DNA of 64,000 nucleotides from Alphaproteobacteria bacterium (lineage in GTDB: Bacteria; Pseudomonadota; Alphaproteobacteria; Puniceispirillales; Puniceispirillaceae), in assembly GCA_038144055.1 (NCBI GenBank), contig JAYQNB010000003.1:1269-65268 (forward strand), written 5' to 3'. This document shows, piece after piece, positions 32,073-42,026 of the stretch. How positions within the stretch are numbered: position 1 is the stretch's first letter; each line of letters opens with the position of its first letter. Below the pieces are notes generated by a model, which saw only the letters and a list, made by a program, of their open reading frames with translations, searched no databases and was not told the DNA's origin. A program made the translations under genes and the position numbers.

Positions 32073-32663
32073 ATGGCAAGAATGAAGTTCCTCTGTGACG
32101 CGGAACGCTGCATTGAGTGTAATGCCTGTGTCACCGCATGTAAGAACGAGCACGAGGTGCCCTGGGGTGTGAACCGCCGTCGCGTGGTGACCATCCAGGA
32201 CGGTAAGCCTGGTGAGCGCTCGATCTCGGTGGCCTGCATGCACTGCTCTGACGCACCGTGCATGGCAGTCTGCCCGGTCGATTGCTTCTACCAGACCGAC
32301 CAGGGTGTGGTGCTGCACTCCAAGGACCTGTGCATCGGTTGCGGTTACTGCTTCTATGCGTGCCCGTTCGGTGCGCCGCAGTACCCGCAGGCCGGGAACT
32401 ACGGTTCGCGGGGCAAGATGGACAAATGTACCTTCTGCGCCGGTGGCCCGGAAGACGACATGGGTCAAGCCGAGTTCCAGAAGTACGGTCGTAACCGTCT
32501 GGCCGAGGGCAAGCTTCCGATTTGTGCGGAAATGTGCTCGACCAAGGCGCTACTGGCCGGCGATGGTGACCAGGTATCGAACATCTTCCGTGAGCGCGTC
32601 GTCGCCCGCGGGTTCGGTTCCGGCGCCTGGGGCTGGGGCACTGCCTACTCCATCAAGAGCTAA
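32073..32663 (+). CDS. fdh3B: Formate dehydrogenase iron-sulfur beta subunit (FDH3-type)
   Basis: CIECNACVTAC, CMHCSDAPCMAVCP, CIGCGYCFYACP, KCTFC. Confidence 0.93.
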   Translation: MARMKFLCDAERCIECNACVTACKNEHEVPWGVNRRRVVTIQDGKPGERSISVACMHCSDAPCMAVCPVDCFYQTDQGVVLHSKDLCIGCGYCFYACPFGAPQYPQAGNYGSRGKMDKCTFCAGGPEDDMGQAEFQKYGRNRLAEGKLPICAEMCSTKALLAGDGDQVSNIFRERVVARGFGSGAWGWGTAYSIKS

Positions 32664-32681
32664 CCGCTCTTTCAAAATGGA

Positions 32682-32703
32682 CTCCCCGCATTGTGCGGGG
32701 GAG
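32682..32703 (+). terminator. Intra-operon stem-loop after the FDH beta gene
   Basis: CTCCCCGCA-TTG-TGCGGGG(G)AG; no U-tract. Confidence 0.5.
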
Positions 32704-32775
32704 CATCCAGAACTATTCCGACAACAGGTTACTTGACGCACCGACAAGACAGGTGCGCCCGCGGAGGTTGACGCT

Positions 32776-32970
32776 GTGACCGGTAAGAAATTTCTAGGAG
32801 TTGTAACCCTGATCTGCCTTTCGGCAGCACTTTCCGCCTGTGATCAGGAGGAGCAGGGCCGCATCCTTTCATATGACAAGGGCACCTACCTTGGCCCGGC
32901 AGACCAGAAACTTGGCGCCGAGCAGGTGCGTGAACTCGAAACCAGAACAAACATGCAGGCCTGGTATTAG
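32776..32970 (+). CDS. Small lipoprotein in the FDH operon
   Basis: GGAGG RBS; lipobox LSAC; EQGR..YDKGTYLG. Confidence 0.75.
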   Translation: MTGKKFLGVVTLICLSAALSACDQEEQGRILSYDKGTYLGPADQKLGAEQVRELETRTNMQAWY

Positions 32971-33020
32971 GACCTGCCACGCAGGTGGACAAACCACCGC
33001 GACCTAACAGGGGTGAAACA

Positions 33021-34076
33021 ATGATCCAAGCAAAGGCACTGAGAATTTTTGCGCTTCTCGCGCTTCTTGTCTGTGGTGTGGCAGGCCTGCCCGCGGACGT
33101 TACCGCGCAGCAGGGCGGCGCCGTACCGGGTGATTCACTCGGCCTGAACTCGGATTCCGATCTGTGGCGCTTCGTGCGCACGGGAAATGCCGGCAGCACT
33201 CAGATGAAGGACGAGCTTGCGGCTGTCATGATCCAGTCGGAAGGCGACAACTGGCGGGCTTTGCGCAATGGACCGATTTCGGCGATTGGCGCTTTTGGAC
33301 TTTTCATAGTTATTTTCGTGCTGGGGCTGTTCTACATGGTTCGCGGACGCATCAAGATTGATGCCGGCCCGTCGGGCAAGACAATCCTGCGCTTCGGCAC
33401 CATCGACAGGTTCGCCCACTGGCTTATGGCCGGATCCTTCATCATTCTTGGGATCACCGGTCTGAACATGCTCTATGGACGCTATATACTGCTTCCGGTG
33501 ATCGGCAAGGACGCCTTTGCCGCTTTCACGGCGTTTGGCAAATATGCCCATAACTTCCTCGCCTTCGCCTTTATGGCAGGTCTGGCACTGTCGTTCTTCC
33601 TTTGGGTTCGTCACAATATTCCCAACAAGGTCGATCTCCAGTGGCTAAAGATGGGTGGCGGCATCGTCAAGAAGGGCGTGCATCCGCCGGCAAAGAAGTT
33701 CAACGCCGGACAGAAGATCATTTTCTGGGCCGTGATGATTGGCGGACTGTCGGTCAGCATGTCGGGAATTGCACTGATGTTCCCGTTCCAGACAACGATG
33801 TTTGCTGACACCTTTGCGATGCTGAACACGGTTGGCTTCAATCTGCCGACCAACCTGACGGCGCTTCAGGAGCAGCAGTACAACCAGATCTGGCACGGCT
33901 TTGTCTCGCTGGTGCTGATCATCATGATCATGGCGCATATCTATATCGGCTCCGTCGGTATGGAAGGTGCGCTTGACGCGATGAACAGCGGCCATGTGGA
34001 CCGTAACTGGGCCAAAGAACACCACAGCCTCTGGGTCGAGGAAGAAGACCAGAAGGCTGCAAAGCCTGCCGAGTAA
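33021..34076 (+). CDS. fdhC: Formate dehydrogenase gamma subunit (cytochrome b)
   Basis: RFAHW, KYAHN, KFNAGQK, QIWHG, MAHIYIG, WAKEHH. Confidence 0.92.
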   Translation: MIQAKALRIFALLALLVCGVAGLPADVTAQQGGAVPGDSLGLNSDSDLWRFVRTGNAGSTQMKDELAAVMIQSEGDNWRALRNGPISAIGAFGLFIVIFVLGLFYMVRGRIKIDAGPSGKTILRFGTIDRFAHWLMAGSFIILGITGLNMLYGRYILLPVIGKDAFAAFTAFGKYAHNFLAFAFMAGLALSFFLWVRHNIPNKVDLQWLKMGGGIVKKGVHPPAKKFNAGQKIIFWAVMIGGLSVSMSGIALMFPFQTTMFADTFAMLNTVGFNLPTNLTALQEQQYNQIWHGFVSLVLIIMIMAHIYIGSVGMEGALDAMNSGHVDRNWAKEHHSLWVEEEDQKAAKPAE

Positions 34077-34096
34077 CCAACCCCGGCAGCAATCAG

Positions 34097-35494
34097 GTGT
34101 TTGATCAGGCTGACACGCCAATAGAAAGGCCGCCCGGCGCCTTCCGGGCGGCTCTTCGCATGTCCGCCATGTTGCTTTCGCTTGCTGTCATGGCTGCGCC
34201 CGTTCAGGCATTCGACCGCTACACCGCCCATGGCGGACCGGTGCGCGACCTTACGATTTCGCCAGACGGAAGCATGCTGGTTTCGGCAAGCTTCGACTAT
34301 TCGGCGGTGGTATGGACCGCCCCCCAGATTACCGAAAAATCCACCCTCTATGCGCATGAGGCTGCGGTGAACACCGCCCGTTTCTCGCCAGACGGCAAGC
34401 TGCTGGCGACTGCCGGCGATGATGGCAGGATTTATCTGTGGAAGAAGGACGTTCTGGCAGACGAGGATCCGGAGCCGATCATCCTGACAGGCCACAAGGG
34501 CAAGGTCGTGAATCTCGCCTTTTCCGATGATGGCAGTCTTCTGGCCTCGGCCAGCTGGGACGGATCAATCGGCCTGTGGCCGCTGGATGGCGGCCCTGAA
34601 GCGGCGGCAGAGGACAGCCGGTTCATTATGGGGCATGACGGGCCAGTGAATATGGTCCAGTTCGCACCGAACGGCACGCATCTCTACAGCGCCGGTTACG
34701 ACGGCCAGATACGTTACTGGAAACTCTCCAATGGTGAGTATCTGCGCAGTGTCGTGCGCAATGGCTGGAGCGTGTCTGTCATGGCTGTCGATGAGCAGAG
34801 CGACATGATCGCGTTCGGATCGTCGGACGGCACGATGAACATCGAACGCCTGTCCGATGGCAAGGGCATCCTGCGCATCGGCGATGAACGCGTGCCGGTT
34901 CTGGCTATCTATCACAGCCCCTGGCACAACATGATTGCGTTCGGCAACGCCAAGGGGCGCGTGGTTGTAATCAACACCGAGGACTGGTCCATCGTGCGTG
35001 ACTTCAACGCCGCCAATGGCCCGATCTGGTCGCTTGTCATCATGCCGGACGGGCAGTCGATCGTTGTGGCCGGTCTTGATGACTTCATCACCAGATGGGA
35101 GCTGTTTGAATTCCCGCCGGAATTCCTCGAGCGCCCGGGCCCGGCGCGCAGGTTTCACCCGACAGCTGAAATCGCCAATGGAGAAAAGCAGTTCGCACGT
35201 AAATGCAGCGTCTGTCACACCCTGTCACCTGACGGCAAACGCCGCGCTGGCCCGACCCTGTTCGGGGTATTCGGCCGGATGGCGGGAACTCTCGAGGGCT
35301 ATCCCTATTCCAAGGCGTTGCTCGATTCAGACATCATCTGGAGCGAGGAAACCATCAACCGTTTGTTTTCCGAGGGGCCGGATATCGTCACCCCCGGAAC
35401 CAAAATGCCGATCCAGCGCATGAAGAATGAGCAGGACCGGATCGATCTGGTCACTTTCTTGAAAATGGCCACAAAAGAGACCACAGTCGAATAG
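34097..35494 (+). CDS. Exported WD40-repeat / class I cytochrome c fusion
   Basis: Repeated GH...SASxD..W units; CSVCH, GPTLFGV, PGTKM axial Met. Confidence 0.9.
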   Translation: MFDQADTPIERPPGAFRAALRMSAMLLSLAVMAAPVQAFDRYTAHGGPVRDLTISPDGSMLVSASFDYSAVVWTAPQITEKSTLYAHEAAVNTARFSPDGKLLATAGDDGRIYLWKKDVLADEDPEPIILTGHKGKVVNLAFSDDGSLLASASWDGSIGLWPLDGGPEAAAEDSRFIMGHDGPVNMVQFAPNGTHLYSAGYDGQIRYWKLSNGEYLRSVVRNGWSVSVMAVDEQSDMIAFGSSDGTMNIERLSDGKGILRIGDERVPVLAIYHSPWHNMIAFGNAKGRVVVINTEDWSIVRDFNAANGPIWSLVIMPDGQSIVVAGLDDFITRWELFEFPPEFLERPGPARRFHPTAEIANGEKQFARKCSVCHTLSPDGKRRAGPTLFGVFGRMAGTLEGYPYSKALLDSDIIWSEETINRLFSEGPDIVTPGTKMPIQRMKNEQDRIDLVTFLKMATKETTVE

Positions 35495-35531
35495 CGGGTG
35501 GCGAATGCCAAAACCGCTGGAGGAGGAAGAC

Positions 35532-35654
35532 ATGAAGATGTTTCTGATTAGCTCGGCAGCTGCTGTCGTGATCGCGATTGCCGCGTTCTATCTGCTGCAG
35601 TCGACCGGCATGGACACTGCATCCGTCATGTCCGGCCAGGCCGTCCGCCTGTAG
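35532..35654 (+). CDS. Small single-TM protein (40 aa)
   Basis: GGAGGAGG RBS; MKMFLISSAAAVVIAIAAFYLLQSTGMDTASVMSGQAVRL*; absent from the ORF track. Confidence 0.75.
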   Translation: MKMFLISSAAAVVIAIAAFYLLQSTGMDTASVMSGQAVRL

Positions 35655-35685
35655 GGTGCTGCGGCCAGGCCCAGCCCGACACCGG

Positions 35686-36429
35686 ATGTCCGCTGCCGGA
35701 ACTGCCGGCGGGCTTCTGCTGCGCATTGTAATGCTGGTAAGTCTGGCGTTTGCTCGTGCCGACAGCGATGGCGCACGCCGATCACGGCGCAGCTACATGG
35801 TCGGCGGCAGCGCCGTCAGTTGTGGTCATCGAGCCAACATGGCCGGGATACAACCGGCCTGGCTTTGGCGCCCGCCGGGGACAGCCCCGGCCGGAACAGG
35901 CTTTTTCATCGGCACTGGTGACAGCAGCCGTTACCTCGTGACGGCAGCGCATGTCATTACCCGCGCGACAGAGATCGAGCTGGTGACTGACGACACGATC
36001 CGCCATGCCGCCACAGTCGTCGCCATCGACAACCAGCGTGACATCGCCATTCTCGAAACCGATCTTGAAGGTCGGCCGATTACGCTTCGGCTTACCGATC
36101 CTGAAATTGGCGAACATGGCTGCGCTATCGGCAACAGCTTTGGTCTTGGCCTGAGCATCAGTTGTGGTGTGGTGTCGGCCATTCACCGCAGGCAGGTCGG
36201 TTTCAACCCGATTGAAGATTTCGTCCAGACCGATGCCGCAATCACTCCCGGCGGTTCCGGCGGCGCGCTGGTGGATGCAAAAGGTCGGCTGATTGGCATG
36301 ATCGACGGTATTTTCACAAAAGAGGCCGATATCGATGCCGGAGTGAATTTTGCCGTATCGGTGCCGCTACTGATCAAAGCTGTCGAACTGATGCGCCGGT
36401 CAAAACCAGAGATACCCGCGCTGCAATAA
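35686..36429 (+). CDS. S1C/trypsin-like serine protease without PDZ domain (N-terminal frame errors)
   Basis: GTGFFI, TAAHV, RDIAIL, QTDAAITPGGSGGALVD. Confidence 0.8.
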   Translation: MSAAGTAGGLLLRIVMLVSLAFARADSDGARRSRRSYMVGGSAVSCGHRANMAGIQPAWLWRPPGTAPAGTGFFIGTGDSSRYLVTAAHVITRATEIELVTDDTIRHAATVVAIDNQRDIAILETDLEGRPITLRLTDPEIGEHGCAIGNSFGLGLSISCGVVSAIHRRQVGFNPIEDFVQTDAAITPGGSGGALVDAKGRLIGMIDGIFTKEADIDAGVNFAVSVPLLIKAVELMRRSKPEIPALQ

Positions 36430-36446
36430 CGGGGGAAGGGCCGCGT

Positions 36447-37094
36447 CTAATGCGGCATATATTCGGGCTTCCACTTCAACACGACATTGAATGACACGGA
36501 AATCCGAGGCACTTCGGCCATGTTCGGATGCACGAGGTGATGCAGGAAAGCGGGCCAGAGCAACAGGTCGCCGCCGGTCGGCAGGATCCTGTGTTCGGGA
36601 TCGACCTGCCCGTCACCGCGAATGGCATTCATGTTCGCCTGACCGCGTGGATCGAAAAAGCTGATGGCACCGGGATTGAGGTCTGAGCGATAGGTTTCCG
36701 CATCGCTCTGGTCCGGCACATTCACATAATAGGTGCCCGACAGCCAGGAATGCGGGTGGTTGTGCAGATTGTGATAGTCACCACGGAAATTGACATTGCC
36801 CCAGCCCTGAACCGTCCAGTCCAGCTCATAGTTGATGCCGGCGCGCGCCGCATAGTCGAGGATCGCGCGGTTGCAGCATTGATGCAGCCATTGCACGGCG
36901 GGGTGTTCGCTGGCGAAAAGATTGTCGGAAGTATAATCCACGGTCATATCTTCCAGACCTGCGTTCCGCTCCATGATCACACCGGCAAGCACCGGATTGG
37001 CAGCGTCCGCACCAGGAAGTTGAATACGCATGAGCTGCGTCGGCCAGAGATCGAGAAACTGTGGTGCCGCACCGGGGTCAATGGGGTCGTTCAT
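36447..37094 (-). CDS. Putative 2OG-Fe(II) oxygenase (TIGR02466-like)
   Basis: WGNVN, HNHPHSWLSGTYYV, FFDPR, WPAFLHHLV, RISVSFN. Confidence 0.85.
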   Translation of the reverse strand: MNDPIDPGAAPQFLDLWPTQLMRIQLPGADAANPVLAGVIMERNAGLEDMTVDYTSDNLFASEHPAVQWLHQCCNRAILDYAARAGINYELDWTVQGWGNVNFRGDYHNLHNHPHSWLSGTYYVNVPDQSDAETYRSDLNPGAISFFDPRGQANMNAIRGDGQVDPEHRILPTGGDLLLWPAFLHHLVHPNMAEVPRISVSFNVVLKWKPEYMPH

Positions 37095-37118
37095 TTAAGT
37101 TGCTCCTGCCTCGGCGGG

Positions 37119-37934
37119 TTATCTGGCGTTGGGAAAAAACAGCTGCTTGCCCTTCGGTTTGAAAGCAGCGATGCGCCCCTGTCCGTCATCGGATGTCAGC
37201 CAGTCGAGGAAGGCCTGCCCACCGGCTACATTTGTATTGGGACATTTTTCAGGGCTGACAGCCATCACGCCGTACTGGTTGAACAGCGCCTTGTCGCCTT
37301 CCACGAGAACTTCGAAATCGAGCTTGTTGCCGAACATTTCCCATGACGCACGGTCGGTCAGCGTATAGGCACCTTTGCCGATGGCAATGTTCAGGGTAGC
37401 GCCCATGCCGGACCCGACTTCGAGATACCAGGAACTGCCGTCTGCCGCGACCTCGCGCCCGGCACCTTTCCAGAGAGCCAGCTCTTTACGGTGTGTACCG
37501 GACCCGTCACCGCGGGAGACAAACAGCGCACCCGAATTCGCGATGGCATTCAGCGCTGCCGACAGATCCGCCGCGTCCTTGGCAGATGCCGGATCGGCGG
37601 ATGGGCCAATGATCACGAAATCATTATACATCACGTCATATCTGGCATCGGCATAGCCTTCGGCAACAAACTTCTCCTCGAGGGGCTTGCTGTGTACGAG
37701 CAGAACGTCACCGTCACAATTCATTGCGTTCTTGACAGCAGCACCGGTCCCGACCGCGACGACGCGCACCCTCAGATCAGCTTCCTTTTCGAAAGTCGGG
37801 AGAAGGTGTTCGAACAGCCCGGAATATTCGGTCGAAGTCGTCGACTGGATGACAAGGGTTTTCTGGCTGGCCAGAGCCAGAGAGGACTGGAGAAGAATGG
37901 CTGTGGCAATCGCCGCTTTCAGTAGTTTTGACAT
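37119..37934 (-). CDS. tupA: Tungstate ABC transporter substrate-binding protein
   Basis: TTSTEYSGL (TupA TTTS-type motif), VGTGAA, DVLLVHS, MYNDFVIIGP, SRGDGSGTH, GMGATL, YTLTDR. Confidence 0.88.
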   Translation of the reverse strand: MSKLLKAAIATAILLQSSLALASQKTLVIQSTTSTEYSGLFEHLLPTFEKEADLRVRVVAVGTGAAVKNAMNCDGDVLLVHSKPLEEKFVAEGYADARYDVMYNDFVIIGPSADPASAKDAADLSAALNAIANSGALFVSRGDGSGTHRKELALWKGAGREVAADGSSWYLEVGSGMGATLNIAIGKGAYTLTDRASWEMFGNKLDFEVLVEGDKALFNQYGVMAVSPEKCPNTNVAGGQAFLDWLTSDDGQGRIAAFKPKGKQLFFPNAR

Positions 37935-38137
37935 TCTGAGCCCCATTCTCAGTCGTTTCTTCTGATGGCCACCGACCGGCCAACCAGTCCAAAACTCTAT
38001 CCCCCGACGCGCGCCATTTCGAGTGACAAATTTGTCGCTGCAAGACGCAGGGGATTTCCCCAGCTTTCGATCCAAACCGAATTGCAGGCCACCATGGAAA
38101 CAGGTGCTTTTTGACAGCATCTGTGTGCAGACTGTGG

Positions 38138-39053
38138 ATGATGGCGACAAAGACCGAAAGTGAGGCCCTGCGCCCGGCTGAACCCAGCCGCGCCGACAAT
38201 CTGCGCGGCGCGCTGTTCATGCTTGCCGGCATGTTTGTCTTTGCCGCCGTCGATGCGATGGCCAAATATTCGACCGGTTACCTGCCGTCCCTGCAGATTG
38301 TGTGGGCGCGCTATCTGGGGCTGTTTCTGGGCGTGGTCTTCCTGATCGGGTTCCGCGGCTTCATCATCATGAAATCCCGGCATCGTCCTCTCCAGCTGGC
38401 GCGGGGTGTGGCGGCCGCGATGTCGGCGACATTGTTCATCATCGGGCTGAATTACGTCGCCCTTGCCGATGCGATCGCTGTGACTTTCATCGCGCCGCTG
38501 GTTGTGACAATCCTCGGCGCGCTTGTCCTTGGAGAACGCGTGGGGCCACACCGCTGGACTGCGACGGTTATCGGCTTTCTCGGAACGCTGGTGGTGATCC
38601 GCCCCGGTTTTGCGAGCTTTCATCCCGGGCTGATCTTTCCCTTTGTTGCGGCTATCCTTTTCGCCGTTCGGCAGATTATCTCGCGCCATATCAGCCATCA
38701 TGACAGAACCGCGACCACGGTCGCCTATACCTCGCTGACCGCGACCTTCCTTCTGACCTGTGCGATGCCATTTGTCTGGACACCAATCGAACCGGCGCAT
38801 CTGTTCCTTGTCCTTGCCGCCATGTCGCTGCTGTCGGCGCTTGGCGAGACTGGTGATCCGTGCGCTCGAGGTCGGGCTGGCGGTCTTTGTCTCGCCGCTT
38901 CACTACACCATCATCATCTGGGCCAGCTTTTACGGCTTTCTTCTGTTTGGCCAGTTTCCCGATCTGTGGACTTGGATCGGCGCTGCGATCATCACCGCAT
39001 CGGGCCTTTATGTGATGCATCGAGAACGCGTGCGTCAGGATCTGGACAGCTGA
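38138..39053 (+). CDS. DMT/EamA-family transporter (frameshift near 38850)
   Basis: About 10 hydrophobic segments; LGERVG..RW, VVIRPG, SPLHYT, FGQFPD. Confidence 0.88.
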
Positions 39054-39175
39054 AACCCGGACCATATTTTCCATGGCATGTTGGTGATATCCGGCTTGCC
39101 AACCATCACTGCTTTTGGCTCTATATCCGTGAATCTGGCGCCGCTTTGCGCCAGTATCTGGTGACGGAGTGTCAG

Positions 39176-39991
39176 ATGAATACACAGGTGAATATCCCGA
39201 TGGACATTCGGGCCCTTTCCCAAACCTATGAGCGTGACGGCTATATCGGTGGTGTGCCCATCCTTAGCCCCGAAGCGGCGGCGCAGCATCGCGCCTCGAT
39301 GGAGGCTGCCGAACAGAAGATCGGCTCGCTGCATTACAAGTCGAAAGCGCACACCATCCTGACATCGCCGCTGCAGCTGGCGACCGACCCGACGGTGCTG
39401 GACATCGTCGAGTCCATGATTGGGCCGGATATTCTTCTCTACAACGTGACCTACATCATCAAGGAAGCGAATGCCCCGAGCCATGTCAGCTGGCATCAGG
39501 ACCTGACCTATTGGGGGCTCAGCCATGACGACCAAGTGTCGATGTGGCTGGCTCTGTCGGTGGCGGATGATGTCAGTGGTTGCATGCGCATGCTCCCCGG
39601 AAGTCACAAACATGGCCGCTATGATCATGAGGCGACCGAGGATGACTCCAACGTTCTGCTGCAGGGCCAGACAGTGCGGGGCATCGACGAGGACAAGGCC
39701 GTTCTCTGCCCACTGCAGCCGGGAGAAGCCTCGTTCCATCACGGTTGGACACTCCATGCCTCGATGCCGAACCGCAGCAATGACCGCCGCATCGGGCTGA
39801 ATGTCCAGTATATCGCCTCGCATGTGAAACAGACCAAGCATGATCGCGACACGGTGATGCTGGTGCGCGGCGAGGACCGGCACAATCATTACGGCTATGA
39901 CCGTCCGGCCGAAGCCGACCTCGAACCTGCGGCGCTGGAGCACCAGCGCTATCTCGAGGATTTGCACCGCGAAACAGCCGGCACCAGCTGA
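39176..39991 (+). CDS. PhyH-family Fe(II)/2OG dioxygenase
   Basis: SWHQDLTYWG, GCMRMLPGSH, TLHASMPN..RRIG. Confidence 0.88.
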   Translation: MNTQVNIPMDIRALSQTYERDGYIGGVPILSPEAAAQHRASMEAAEQKIGSLHYKSKAHTILTSPLQLATDPTVLDIVESMIGPDILLYNVTYIIKEANAPSHVSWHQDLTYWGLSHDDQVSMWLALSVADDVSGCMRMLPGSHKHGRYDHEATEDDSNVLLQGQTVRGIDEDKAVLCPLQPGEASFHHGWTLHASMPNRSNDRRIGLNVQYIASHVKQTKHDRDTVMLVRGEDRHNHYGYDRPAEADLEPAALEHQRYLEDLHRETAGTS

Positions 39992-40001
39992 GGCACGCAC
40001 C

Positions 40002-40772
40002 ATGCCGCGCATTCTTGTTGTCGAAAGCAATCCAAGGGCGGAATCGGACCGTCTGCAAGCACTGTCCGGCCAGGCGTTGGGCCCGCTCTATGCCGCGACT
40101 CTTGAAGGGCTGCGCGATGATGTCGAGACGGTGGTGATCTCGCCCTATGACGGAGACGAGACGCCGGACCTGTCCGGCTTTGACGGCATCGCCTTTACCG
40201 GCTCGTCTGTGGAATGGAATACCGATGATGAACGCGCTGCGCCGCTGGCGGCTGTGATGCGCGCCGGATTCGCCGCCGGGCTTCCGACCATCGGGTCCTG
40301 CAACGGCATGCAGCTTGCCGCCTCTGTCCTTGGCGGGTCTTCTGCGGCTTCGCCGAACGGGCGCGAGGATGGCCTTGCCGGTGACATCCGGCTGACGGAG
40401 GCCGGGCGCGACCATCCGATGATGGCCGGACGAGAGGACGGTTATGCCGTTCCCTGCACCCACCGGGACGAGGTGGTACGTCTTCCCGAAGGTGCCGTCC
40501 GCCTTGCCGGCAACAGCCACAGCAGCGTTCAGGCGTTTGCCATTGATCGTGACGGGGTCGATTTCTGGGGCATGCAGTACCACCCTGAATTCTCGCCATC
40601 TTATGTCGGGCGCTACCTTCGCCTCAGTGGGCGGATTGCGCCGGATGTTGCCGATGATCTCGAGGCGGCGGAGAGCGACGCTGGCGCGGCTGCACGGCTA
40701 TCGACCACCATGCAGGACCAGACCACTCCGCGCCGCACGGTTGAGCTGGCGAACTGGCTGGCGCGGTTCTAG
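40002..40772 (+). CDS. Type 1 glutamine amidotransferase / peptidase C26-like protein
   Basis: FTGSS, GSCNGMQL (Cys nucleophile), QYHPE. Confidence 0.85.
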   Translation: MPRILVVESNPRAESDRLQALSGQALGPLYAATLEGLRDDVETVVISPYDGDETPDLSGFDGIAFTGSSVEWNTDDERAAPLAAVMRAGFAAGLPTIGSCNGMQLAASVLGGSSAASPNGREDGLAGDIRLTEAGRDHPMMAGREDGYAVPCTHRDEVVRLPEGAVRLAGNSHSSVQAFAIDRDGVDFWGMQYHPEFSPSYVGRYLRLSGRIAPDVADDLEAAESDAGAAARLSTTMQDQTTPRRTVELANWLARF

Positions 40773-40797
40773 CACCGGCGGTTCACGGCAGCATTGA

Positions 40798-42016
40798 TCA
40801 GATTACTGCCGTTTCGACAATCGGGCGGTTCTCGACGATGCGGTCCCATGAAAATGGCGACAGGTCGAGGCTGCGATATTCGCCATAGGTGATCAGCTCC
40901 GACACACCGCGGCCCATGGCCGGGCTCTGCTGCAGCCCGTGGCCGGAAAATCCGTTCTGGAAGATGAAATTGCCGATCTCGTGATGCGGCCCGAGGATGG
41001 CATTCTGGTCGAGCGTGTTGAAGGCGTAATGCCCGGCCCATTCATTGACGACCCGGATCGCCTCGAATTGCGGAATCCGTGCGGCGATGGTTGGCCAGAC
41101 ATGATCCTGCCAGCGGTCATGATCCATGATGAAATCATCATAATCCACCGCCGGATCAGGGTCGGCAGGACAGCCTGCCAGATAGGTCGTCGGCCCGTCC
41201 TGGCGGAAATGCACACCCGACGGGTCGATGGTCAGCGGCAGGTCGCGATCGAGCGGGGTTTCGGCAGTGAAGATCCAGCTGAAACGCTTTCGCGGCTCGA
41301 CAGGCACATCGATCCCCGCCATCGCCGCTGTGCGTGCGGCGCGCGGGCCGCTGGCATTGACCAAGGTGCCGCAGGACACTGTCTCGCCCGAACCCAGTGT
41401 CACACCGGTGATCGCGATCCGCCTCACAGGTCATGGCCACCACCTCGCCGGCGATATATTCGACACCGCGCTCGCGGGCGGACCGGCGAAGCCAGTCGAA
41501 CACCGTGCCGCCGTCCCAATAGCCCTCATCCTTCAGATTGATCGATCCCAGGACAATGTCGTCGAGATGATAGAACGGATAGCGCGCGGCGATTTCCTCG
41601 CGCGACAGAAGCTCGGTCTCGGTGCCGGCGGCGCGCTGCACCGAATGGTTGGCACGAAGAATGTTTGCAAAGCCGTCATTGTCGGCAAGATACATATAGC
41701 CGTAATTCTGGATGCCGAGCTCGGGAACACGGTCGTCATCCATATGGCGGCGCAGGTTCTTCACGAAATCGGCCGCAAATTGCGAGATATGGATGTTCAG
41801 GTCGGTCGAGAATTGCTGGCGCATGCAGGAATTGGTGTGCGCGGTCGACGAGTTGCCATAACCCGGGTCACGTTCGACAACGAGAATTGATCCGTTGAAA
41901 TCCGGATTCTGCGTCAGGAACCAGGCTGTTGCCGATCCCATGATCGCGCCGCCCACTATGACGACGTCATAGGAATTCCGCTGTGGTGCTGCCGCAAAGC
42001 CGCCTGTACTCATCAT
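40798..42016 (-). CDS. FAD-dependent oxidoreductase, DAO/sarcosine oxidase beta-like (frameshift near 41425)
   Basis: VGGAIMG, CMRQQFS, VNASG, WAGHYAFNTLDQNAILG, NGFSGHGLQQSPA. Confidence 0.88.
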
Positions 42017-42026
42017 TATCTTCCTC

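Noticed and set aside
30459-32468. 669-aa antisense ORF over fdhA/fdh3B (similarly 830..1969, 60521..62230, 56770..58074)
   Set aside because: Shadow ORFs expected from GC and codon bias opposite well-supported genes; no recognisable motifs.
38111-39991. Apparent DMT-PhyH fusion (626 aa)
   Set aside because: A frameshift near 38850 reads through the intergenic region; the true DMT C-terminus is in another frame and ends at 39053.
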